Source: an uncultured virus (IMG/VR IMGVR_UViG_3300025112_005926)
Taxonomy: Duplodnaviria; Heunggongvirae; Uroviricota; Caudoviricetes
Virus record (IMG/VR): IMGVR_UViG_3300025112_005926
Reading direction: 5' to 3' (one strand)
Length of the DNA stretch: 64,000 nucleotides
The translations under genes and the position numbers were made by a program. The notes under the pieces are model-generated. The model was not told the DNA's origin. It was given only the letters and a program-made list of their open reading frames with translations, and ran no database searches. This document shows, in pieces, positions 55,571-64,000 of the stretch. Within the stretch, counting starts at the first letter, position 1, and the number at the start of each line of letters is the position of its first letter.

Positions 55571-58500
55571 ATGAGTATAAAAAAGCTTTTTGGAAAATCT
55601 AATCAGGTCCTCCCCAGCACAGATATTGAAACAATATCTTCAGATGTTGAGTCAGAGGAAAATGTCAAGCATAAGTTAAAAGATTTTGAGACTTATGTCC
55701 CGCCGATTGATTTTTCTACGGCATCAAATTATGTTCGCTTTGGATCGGCGAAGAAGTATTATACTGACGGCATCGAGAGAGTATACCAAGATTATCCATA
55801 TGACGGTTCGGATGCTGAGAAACAGGAATACAGAAACAACTCAGACGAATTCACGAACTATATCTTTGACAAAGAGTATCCGAAGTCAACCGGCTATGCT
55901 ATCTTCTCGCCATCCGGATGGGGTGATGTTTCTAGCCCGGGCGCCCCCACGGATACCATTTCTCCATTAACGGGTGGATATATCCTGCCCAGTAGCTTGG
56001 AATACATTAAGGTTGTCGGCGGCCCCCATACTGCTTCTGGGGGCATGACGGGAAAACCTCTTGCTTCTACTTTTACCGGATCAAATATATATAATACCGA
56101 TATCTATACCTTTGATGGCGTTAACGCCGGCAGCAGAACCGGCACTAGAGAGTCAAATCTAAGGTTTGATTTATCAAAGGGCGTCACCACAGAGTTTTGG
56201 TTGAAAAAGGGTTCCTATAATTATGGTGACCATGCTAGCGGCAGTTTCATAGTCGGCGCCTTTGGTGGGTGGGCAACTAGTGATTTCGACTCAAAAACCT
56301 TCACTCTTACATCCACCGACGGAACAGCTAAAGTTTATGTCTTTGATGACGACAATGACGGAGCCACCGGAACATTAGACGGCTCCGACCAGGTTCGCGT
56401 ACAAATTAATGGTTTTACTTCAAAGGCTGTCCTCACCGCCGAAATGACAACCGCGATTAATCACGAAAACGGACACAATGGAAAAATAATTGCAACCAAT
56501 CCCGCCGTTGGCAGGGTGCACCTAGTGCAAGCAGTCGGAGGTACAGACGGAAATACTGAGATATCCGAGACTGTCAGCAACGCTTCATATATCACCGCGA
56601 GAAGTTTCAACGCATACTATATCGACGGCGTCGGTATTACCTACCAAGATCCAGCTTCTGGATCCAATGAAGTAATCTTCGATCTCTGGAATGGTGTTGC
56701 AACTGCTAGCGCTATTGACGGCACCCCTGATTCGAATCCTGGATATGGTAGGCTTTTAGTTTCGCTTTCTGGAAGCTGGGATGGCGATAATCCATTCATA
56801 GTTCATCTTGCATCTGGTTCCGAAGTCTGGGATATGACTTTTGGCGGATCGACCATTACTACTGCATCGATCAAAGATACATGGAACCATGTTGCGTTCT
56901 CCTTCTTTTCTAGCTCCACAGATGCCGAGGTGCAAACTAAGTTTTATCTAAACGGCAACTTGCAAGAATCTACCGGAACAACGCATATGACTAACTTCAA
57001 CCAGGTAACTGGTTCTCTGGTTGGGTATATCGGAGCGCTCCAGACTGCTCTTTCTGGAAACAGCTATATTACTAGCAGTGACGGCGCGTTTGATATGAAG
57101 GGGTATGGCAAGCTCTCCGGATCCCTAGACGAATTCCGCTACTGGAAAACAAAGCGAACTCATAAGGATATAGGAAGACATTGGTTTACTCAAGTTAATG
57201 GCGGTGCCAATACTGATATCTCAAACACAGACTTGGGCGTATATTATAAATTCAACGAAGGCATCACTACGACAACAGCAATAGATAGTGTGGCTCTTGA
57301 CTACTCCGGTAGAATTTCTAACGGCACTTGGGTAGGGTATTCTTCATCCGCCAGAAACACAGGTTCAGCAATTCTTTCAGCATCTGCCGCTGGATCTGAA
57401 TTTGAAGATCCGATAATTCGATCAACTCATCCGAGAGTGACTTCTCTTAAAACCAGCCTTGAGGCATCCGGAACATACTTCGACCACAGAAACAATGCAG
57501 CACTTATCAATACTATTCCGGCATGGATCCGAGAAGACGACGAAGCAAGTGGCGACGGAACATTGGTTAACCTTGTTCAAATAATGGGTAGCTACTTTGA
57601 CAAGCTTAATTCTTATATTGAGGCACTTCCAAAGCTGAAGCAAGCTAGCTATCTAAGCGCTAGTTCTAAGCCATCGCCGTTCGCCAGCCATTTGCTGGAA
57701 ACCGCAGGCCTGCATTCTCCTGAATTGTTTGTCGATGCATCGATCATGGAGAGGATAACATCTCGTGATGAAGATAGAGACTATGTTTCGAAATTGAATG
57801 ATGTTAAGAATTTAGTTTATCACAACATTTACAACAATCTGGTTTACATATATAAGTCAAAGGGAACAGAGAAATCAATAAGAAATCTCATCCGGTGTTT
57901 CGGCGTGGATGAGGATCTTATTAAGATCAACCTGTATGCTGATAATGAAACATATCTTCTCAGAAATAATTCTAGAGCAGCAACAGTTAGAAAGAATTTT
58001 ATAAACTTTAATGATCCTGATAAGTTTGACTCAACGGTGTATCAATATGAAGATCCTTCTAACTCAAATGCTGTAGGTTTCATTTCAGGCAGCGCCGGCG
58101 AAAAGCTCGCGGAGACAGGCTATGAAGATTATCTTGGGATGACAGCAGAGTGTGAAGTTATATTTCCTAGAAAATGGAAACAAGACAACCCGAATTATTT
58201 CCAGACAAATTTCTTAACCTCTTCTCTTTTTGGGATGCACCGCGCCTCTGGTTCTGGAACTACCACTACATGGTATTCGGCAGATAATGATGACTATTCA
58301 AATTTCCAAATTCAATCTCTCAGGGCTGAAGATGATTCTGATCATGTTTATTTTAAGCTTACATCTTCTGCTTCTCCGTTTCCTTTGCCTCTTTTGACGA
58401 GCAGCCTTTTTAAGGATGTATATCAGGATCAAAAATGGAACTTCTCCGTTAGAATTAAGCCAAGCAATTTCCCATGGGGAGATCATGTTTCGGGAAGCTC

Positions 58501-61500
58501 TTATAACGACAAAATGCATTATGTTGTTGAGTTCGACGGAATAAACGCTAAAGGCGGAACAGTTCAAAATTCTTTCTCCTTAACGGGAACTATTTCTGCA
58601 ACACAGGGTAAAAACTTCTTAAGAGGTCACAAGAGAATGTTCGTTGGCGCCCGACGAACCGATTTTAACGGAACCCTTCAAGAATACACAGATGTTAAAG
58701 TTTCTTCTCTGCGATATTGGGCAAGCTATCTTCCTGATGGGTTCTTGGAGGCTCATGCAAATGATGCAGCCAACGCTGGTGCGCAGCACCCTTATAAGAA
58801 CGCATTCCCGTTTCCTACCTCTATAGCCGGAACACAGATTCCATATTCTGATACCCTCGCATTGCATTGGGATTTTGGCAATGTAACGGGATCTTCTTCT
58901 GACTCTGCCGCCACAACAACATCAGATTCTATTTTCTGGGTGCATGATGTTTCTTCTGGATCGTCAACGGATGCCAGCAGATATCGATGGCTTGGTAATA
59001 TTATCAATAACCAGCACTCTGCCAAGGGAGACAAATTCCTTCCACCGGAAAGTGGCGACTTAAATCCCGTTTCGAAAGAATATATAGACGCAGCTAGGCA
59101 GCAATTACCAGAAATCATTAACTCGTCAGATGCTGTTCAAATATTGACAACAGATGATGACAAATTTACTAGAGAACATCGCATTACTAATCATTTCTGG
59201 GCAGTTGAAAAATCAATGTATCAGGTTATTTCGGAAGAAATGATTAATATATTTGCCACCATCATTGATTTTAACAACTTAATCGGAGCCCCAGTTAATA
59301 GGTATCGACAAGAATACAAGGATCTAGAAAAGCTAAGGCAACTGTGGTATGAAAGAGTAAGAAATACTCCTGACTTAGATAAGTTCTTGAACTTCTATAA
59401 GTGGATTGATTCTGCTATTTCTGAGATAATAATACAATTGGTTCCTGCCTCTGCAAATATTGCTCCTGAAATAAGAAACATGATTGAAAGTCATGTATTG
59501 GAAAGAAGCAAATACCAAACTAAGTTCCCAACAGTTGAATTCAAGGTCGGAGATCCAGAAGCCCGCTTGTTTGGCGTAACCGAGTTGGCGTATAGTTGGA
59601 AGTATGGTCATGCCCCCCTAGATGGCACCAGCGAAGGCACAAACGCCATGTGGTGGAAGAAAAGAGCAGAGCGCACAAAGGCTCAAATCTCAGCCTCAGC
59701 GCTAGGAGTTAATGCTGACAGAGACAACCTTCTCTTGAAAATTGAGTCGCACAGATCCAGTTCTGGTCATCAAGTTGCCACTGCCAAAAATGGCACAGCT
59801 TATTCGTCTTCGATACACGCGCTGAGAAGGTTTACCAAGCCATACATTTTTGATGTCAACGAATCAAGACAAATTCATGGCGGAGTTAACTTCGCGCCAA
59901 ACAAAAAGATAGGCTTCGCCGATGCCGCCGCAAGACCACACGGAGAACTGTATGACAAGAATATACTCAGAGTGTATTCGTCAGATGTCTATTCTCTTAA
60001 GGGGATCGATGATGTTCTGGAGCCAAAATTCCTCGAAAGCACCACCGACGAATCAGCAAAAGAATATAAGAAGCTTGATTTTAAAGTAACCCACGGGAGA
60101 GATGGCACGGAGGGCTATTCGTCAGGCAAGGGTTCTTTGATGTTCCCAGGCAATATAGTAAGCTCGTCAGTCGATTCGGGATATGTAAGCCACTTTAGAT
60201 CAGCCGTAGCCGATGGGCAAATAACTAATATTCATAATGATGTTTATGGAGATGGAAATGAAGTTCCAATGCAAGGCCCGTTTACTGAGAAGTTCGTTGG
60301 AGGTAGGCAACATCGACATGTCGAAGTTAATTATCAGGGCACCTCAAAAGCACTAGATGCCATAACCACTCGCCCTGAAGCATGGAGAATGCATGTCAAC
60401 ACGGCAGACGCATGTTTAGTTATCTCAGGTTCTGACATGTCACCAGCGGCATCATATCCAGATCAAAGCAAGCCGCTAGCAATTCGTTTCCGCGACGAGA
60501 CAGCAAAACGACCGGTCAATATTCGAAACATTCGAATGATGACGGGCTCTTCGGATGATGCCGCACCAACCGGATCAATTACAAGAATAGGAAACTTTAC
60601 AAAGAATTATGAAGTTGTGCATACTGTCGGTCAGACGCAAAACAATCCATATTTTAAAGAGAACGAGGGAGTGTCGCTGCCAACAAGAATCCATATATCT
60701 ACGAAAGATAATCTTCCCGCAACAACGAATGTGCACACCATGGTCGGCGTAGCTGCCAACATAGCATCTTCAGGCAACTTGATTGGCCCCAATCAAAACG
60801 CCGCAGGAGACTCTATGTTGTTTGATGCTGCCGGCATGACGAATAGGGTGGATATCACTGCTGACGATGACTATAAGACAATCTTCGCCCTGCCTCGCCG
60901 AGATCTGACGGGATCAGACAGCGTGATTGTATCTAGATTCTCCGCTCCTGGCTCCACCGAAGTCATGACTAGGGGATATCTTGATATCGCAGCAGAAGAA
61001 TATTCTCCCTATAATGCTCTTCCGTTCCGGAACCTTTCGGTTAGAGGCTCAGGAAGCGGTGAGGCGAACAATGTTCGAAGTGATGATCATTTGGGAACAC
61101 CAGGATCCACAGTTGGCAACGGTAATCGCCATGGCTTAAGAACTCACTTAACAAGGTATGCAGGCCTGTTTGGTCATGACAGCATTTATGGATCCGTACC
61201 AGAGAGCACATATGTTACTCAACCTTCGTATCACAAGATAAATAGAAATGCACAACTTAGGATAGAGCGTACAAGTATACATGGTGCTCTCGCGACTGCA
61301 TCATCATACGATAACTGGTGGGTTCAGCACCAAATTCCTCGGTCCGCGATAAACTATTCTTGGGTTAGTTCGTCTTTGAATATTAAGAATGATTACTTTG
61401 GATATTCTACAGTAGATGGAGAGATCTCCGGAGCCGCAAGCGGAAGAGAATCTGCTTTGTTAATCCTTTCGGCGAGCGAATATAAATTCCGTTTCCCGGA

Positions 61501-64000
61501 TTCGAACGGTCACGACTATGTGTCTGCCAGTTTAAATCTCAACACTTATGTTTATGAACCAATTACTAGTTCAACTAATACTTTGGGCTATGACGGCCTC
61601 GCGACGAAGTATTCCTTGGGTGTATACGAAAACGAGAGCATTACGACATTGCCGGATGCATTGGATCCTGAATATGTTGGATTCAATGCTCTCCTTTGGC
61701 GACGACAGGGCCCATATGGATATCCTTCTTGGCGCCAAATAAGAGGCGGTGAGCACCCAGTTGCCCGGTATCAGAAAAAGAATAATATTTTCTCTATAGT
61801 GTCATCACCCGCTGAACCAATTTTATCTCCATCTGGTTCTGGAGAACTAAGGTCGTCAGCAAGATACGGAGCCCTCAGCGTCTTTGAAAATGTATCACCC
61901 ATCACAAATAAGTATACTCCCATCACTCACAAGCTTGTGATCGAATCAACAGTCGTTGATGCTTTTGGCTCTAGAAATTTAACAACTCCAACCTTGAACT
62001 TCAAGGCCACTTATGGTAATAATTTAGGATACTTTGAAAATGTAAATATTGATAATGCTGCCGATCTTGGAAGTGGAAGAGATATTTTGACCCCTCACAA
62101 TGAGTTGCTGGCTCTCTATGGAAATGGCGCACTGGGAACGGATGCCACTCCAATAAAAGGATTTACTTCTGTAACATATAAGGAGTCAATATACCCGTGT
62201 GGAGAAAACATATATACTGATCGCATAAGAAAAAGAAATGCTTATACCAGTAGTGTTTGGTTAGATCTGCGAGCATCTAGAGATTCCTTGAATGATGACG
62301 GACATGGCAGAAATGAGAACTCAGCCGGTAGAATGGTTAGTCAAAGCTCTTGGCCTCTCGATGCAAGAACTAATTTTCAGACAACCGCTCAAACATGGAC
62401 TTATCCAAACTCCGATAACGGTCAAGAAGGTGAGCTTCAAAACAATTATACAACATGGCACGGCAGGATCGGTGGCGCTCTACGCACCGGTTTTGAATAC
62501 ACAAGAAATACTGTTATCGCCGCCAGCGTTACAGCTTCGGCAGTTTTTTCAAGAAGACACACTTTAAATTCCACCGCATCCGTCGTCGCCCCAACTGGAA
62601 TTCAGATCCCAGAGACTGGCGCAGCCGGGTTAGCGCCGACACATATCCTATGGGCTGGATTTTCCAGACCAGGTCACGGCGCCGCAAAATGGCAAGCAGC
62701 AGAATTAGCTGGTAGAATACACTCTCCGGCTGGAGAGGAAAGCACTTGGCAAACAACGGCCAGTAATCCGTGGTATAATAGTTATGATGATTATAATGAA
62801 GAACTAAGATTGGCAGCAAAAGATTATCAAGTGGTACCAGAATTTAGGATCAGCGATCATTTATCATATTGGATAAATCAACATGGCGCCGACTTCTTAC
62901 AAGAGAGAACCAAGTGGTTGCAGATGATCGGTTCCCCGCCGGGAACTTCAAACGAGCCACAGAATAGTTCTGTTGATGATTTCTTCAAAATATATACAAA
63001 TACCGATTTTATGAAGCATTTCCGGCCGTTGCAGGATGATCTTCGCAACATCGCGTCACCGTCTAAATTGACGCTTACTTGTCAGGCTGCAATCAAGTTT
63101 TTGCCTTATGATGGATTTTATCCCGCTGAACGAGCGCTCGCCTTAGCCGGCCAATTCTCTAGTTCTTATGCCCCGCATATGTCATATAGTTATGGGCCAA
63201 TCGGTGCGGCTGGAAACACAAAGAGGCAGGGGTATGATGCGGCAGTCTGGAGAACGATGTTAGATAAGGTCTTCGCGCCTGGCATTTTCATGAATTCTAT
63301 TAAATCTGGCTTGGCTGTTGATTATCCAATAATGTTAACAGCTTCAAAAATACAGCCTATCATGGCTGGCATGCATACCACTGACTATTGGGCACTCGGC
63401 ATGCCAGGTGCCGGAACCGATTATGATCTAGATCATGCTCGCGAACGAGGAGTTTGCTATCCTCTTCGTTATCCTTGGAATCACGACGGTGCACCAGAAA
63501 AGCGGTTCGCTGACTTTCTTGCTGGAATTTGGGATGGGGCGTCTGCGAATAACCGAGATGTTTGGGGAGTTGAAAGACTTCCTCCTGCCGGCGCCTACGA
63601 GAACTTTGGCAAATGGGATTATAGAATTCCGTTTGAAGCGATAATAGAGCCAGAAAAATATTTGGCAAACATAGATCTGTTTGATCATGAGCCGAACCCT
63701 AGTGCTTCTCTTGGCACAAGCTCCGTCGATGGAGGAACCAAAGGTGCCCACTTCCCAGCGAAGGGAGTTTGGAGTGGCAATGGCGACAATCTTTATAGGA
63801 TGATGGCACATAACTTCTTGGCAGAGGTGCCTGAATTCTTTTTGCCAAAGGGACAATTTAGTACAATCTCTTCTGCGCCAGAAGATGAATTGAATTTGGT
63901 AGTTAAAAGCGGCTCTGTTTACGCAGCCAGGCTCAAGCTTAGAAGGAGTATGAATGACTCCCGTGATTGGTCAAATGATAGTGGAAGAAATGGTTTAAAA
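55571..64000 (+). CDS. Giant (>2,810 aa, 3'-truncated) baseplate/tail protein with LamG-like domains and a gp7/gpI-like KGT motif; not in the ORF track
   Basis: ATG at 55571 (MSIKKLFGKS...). Spot translations stay open to the window end and the track lists no stop-terminated ORF in this frame. LamG signatures EFWLKK, WNHVAF, FYLNG, GSLDEFRYW, YYKFNEG; YKSKGTEKSIRNLIRCFG near 57851-57904. Confidence 0.85.
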   Translation, partial: MSIKKLFGKSNQVLPSTDIETISSDVESEENVKHKLKDFETYVPPIDFSTASNYVRFGSAKKYYTDGIERVYQDYPYDGSDAEKQEYRNNSDEFTNYIFDKEYPKSTGYAIFSPSGWGDVSSPGAPTDTISPLTGGYILPSSLEYIKVVGGPHTASGGMTGKPLASTFTGSNIYNTDIYTFDGVNAGSRTGTRESNLRFDLSKGVTTEFWLKKGSYNYGDHASGSFIVGAFGGWATSDFDSKTFTLTSTDGTAKVYVFDDDNDGATGTLDGSDQVRVQINGFTSKAVLTAEMTTAINHENGHNGKIIATNPAVGRVHLVQAVGGTDGNTEISETVSNASYITARSFNAYYIDGVGITYQDPASGSNEVIFDLWNGVATASAIDGTPDSNPGYGRLLVSLSGSWDGDNPFIVHLASGSEVWDMTFGGSTITTASIKDTWNHVAFSFFSSSTDAEVQTKFYLNGNLQESTGTTHMTNFNQVTGSLVGYIGALQTALSGNSYITSSDGAFDMKGYGKLSGSLDEFRYWKTKRTHKDIGRHWFTQVNGGANTDISNTDLGVYYKFNEGITTTTAIDSVALDYSGRISNGTWVGYSSSARNTGSAILSASAAGSEFEDPIIRSTHPRVTSLKTSLEASGTYFDHRNNAALINTIPAWIREDDEASGDGTLVNLVQIMGSYFDKLNSYIEALPKLKQASYLSASSKPSPFASHLLETAGLHSPELFVDASIMERITSRDEDRDYVSKLNDVKNLVYHNIYNNLVYIYKSKGTEKSIRNLIRCFGVDEDLIKINLYADNETYLLRNNSRAATVRKNFINFNDPDKFDSTVYQYEDPSNSNAVGFISGSAGEKLAETGYEDYLGMTAECEVIFPRKWKQDNPNYFQTNFLTSSLFGMHRASGSGTTTTWYSADNDDYSNFQIQSLRAEDDSDHVYFKLTSSASPFPLPLLTSSLFKDVYQDQKWNFSVRIKPSNFPWGDHVSGSSYNDKMHYVVEFDGINAKGGTVQNSFSLTGTISATQGKNFLRGHKRMFVGARRTDFNGTLQEYTDVKVSSLRYWASYLPDGFLEAHANDAANAGAQHPYKNAFPFPTSIAGTQIPYSDTLALHWDFGNVTGSSSDSAATTTSDSIFWVHDVSSGSSTDASRYRWLGNIINNQHSAKGDKFLPPESGDLNPVSKEYIDAARQQLPEIINSSDAVQILTTDDDKFTREHRITNHFWAVEKSMYQVISEEMINIFATIIDFNNLIGAPVNRYRQEYKDLEKLRQLWYERVRNTPDLDKFLNFYKWIDSAISEIIIQLVPASANIAPEIRNMIESHVLERSKYQTKFPTVEFKVGDPEARLFGVTELAYSWKYGHAPLDGTSEGTNAMWWKKRAERTKAQISASALGVNADRDNLLLKIESHRSSSGHQVATAKNGTAYSSSIHALRRFTKPYIFDVNESRQIHGGVNFAPNKKIGFADAAARPHGELYDKNILRVYSSDVYSLKGIDDVLEPKFLESTTDESAKEYKKLDFKVTHGRDGTEGYSSGKGSLMFPGNIVSSSVDSGYVSHFRSAVADGQITNIHNDVYGDGNEVPMQGPFTEKFVGGRQHRHVEVNYQGTSKALDAITTRPEAWRMHVNTADACLVISGSDMSPAASYPDQSKPLAIRFRDETAKRPVNIRNIRMMTGSSDDAAPTGSITRIGNFTKNYEVVHTVGQTQNNPYFKENEGVSLPTRIHISTKDNLPATTNVHTMVGVAANIASSGNLIGPNQNAAGDSMLFDAAGMTNRVDITADDDYKTIFALPRRDLTGSDSVIVSRFSAPGSTEVMTRGYLDIAAEEYSPYNALPFRNLSVRGSGSGEANNVRSDDHLGTPGSTVGNGNRHGLRTHLTRYAGLFGHDSIYGSVPESTYVTQPSYHKINRNAQLRIERTSIHGALATASSYDNWWVQHQIPRSAINYSWVSSSLNIKNDYFGYSTVDGEISGAASGRESALLILSASEYKFRFPDSNGHDYVSASLNLNTYVYEPITSSTNTLGYDGLATKYSLGVYENESITTLPDALDPEYVGFNALLWRRQGPYGYPSWRQIRGGEHPVARYQKKNNIFSIVSSPAEPILSPSGSGELRSSARYGALSVFENVSPITNKYTPITHKLVIESTVVDAFGSRNLTTPTLNFKATYGNNLGYFENVNIDNAADLGSGRDILTPHNELLALYGNGALGTDATPIKGFTSVTYKESIYPCGENIYTDRIRKRNAYTSSVWLDLRASRDSLNDDGHGRNENSAGRMVSQSSWPLDARTNFQTTAQTWTYPNSDNGQEGELQNNYTTWHGRIGGALRTGFEYTRNTVIAASVTASAVFSRRHTLNSTASVVAPTGIQIPETGAAGLAPTHILWAGFSRPGHGAAKWQAAELAGRIHSPAGEESTWQTTASNPWYNSYDDYNEELRLAAKDYQVVPEFRISDHLSYWINQHGADFLQERTKWLQMIGSPPGTSNEPQNSSVDDFFKIYTNTDFMKHFRPLQDDLRNIASPSKLTLTCQAAIKFLPYDGFYPAERALALAGQFSSSYAPHMSYSYGPIGAAGNTKRQGYDAAVWRTMLDKVFAPGIFMNSIKSGLAVDYPIMLTASKIQPIMAGMHTTDYWALGMPGAGTDYDLDHARERGVCYPLRYPWNHDGAPEKRFADFLAGIWDGASANNRDVWGVERLPPAGAYENFGKWDYRIPFEAIIEPEKYLANIDLFDHEPNPSASLGTSSVDGGTKGAHFPAKGVWSGNGDNLYRMMAHNFLAEVPEFFLPKGQFSTISSAPEDELNLVVKSGSVYAARLKLRRSMNDSRDWSNDSGRNGLK

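Noticed and set aside
596..63856. All minus-strand ORFs and short alternate-frame plus-strand ORFs in the track (e.g. 2469-3491, 28674-29234, 47454-47960)
   Set aside because: They lie within longer, motif-bearing + strand genes and read as antisense or frame shadows with no recognisable motifs.
1..64000. Alternative genetic code (stop-codon reassignment), as in some huge phages
   Set aside because: Genes are full length in code 11, and TAA, TAG and TGA all end genes at tight junctions.
44992..64000. Inteins, introns or homing endonucleases in the giant ORFs
   Set aside because: No intein splice motifs or LAGLIDADG/HNH/GIY-YIG signatures were noticed; the last ORF was only spot-translated.

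Overview
This window looks like part of a large, T4-like contractile-tailed (jumbo) bacteriophage genome. Every credible gene is on the + strand, densely packed and in the standard genetic code. (1) 1-9.5 kb: acidic/helical proteins, many with a shared MKITKxxLKQIIKEE or [LIV]xE-type leader (candidate head-packaged proteins), plus a HAD phosphatase, HExxH peptidases and a ligase-like/HxGH-nucleotidyltransferase fusion. (2) 9.5-15.1 kb: a complete tmRNA (tag ANNNNHFELALAA), two unannotated structured-RNA candidates, an Hc1-like small protein and a small membrane protein both missed by the ORF track, PIN-PhoH, and a Cas4-like nuclease. (3) 15.1-41 kb: about 26 kb and 27 genes for sugar-nucleotide synthesis, tailoring and glycosyl transfer, including two B12 radical-SAM enzymes (one fused to a 2Fe-2S ferredoxin), a split transketolase, a ColD-like dehydratase, a C-methyltransferase and split HldE-like enzymes. 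No flippase, polymerase or lipid-carrier enzyme is recognisable. (4) 41-64 kb: a gp55-like late sigma factor and baseplate genes (gp5-like, gp25, gp6), then a >2,810-aa ORF running off the window that the ORF track omits. A recurring ACTATTTAT motif is a candidate late promoter; three sigma70-type promoters are also visible. Leading hypotheses are a self-contained virion-glycosylation system and a leader-tagged capsid cargo / translation-rescue module. All product calls come from motif recognition by eye, without database searches.
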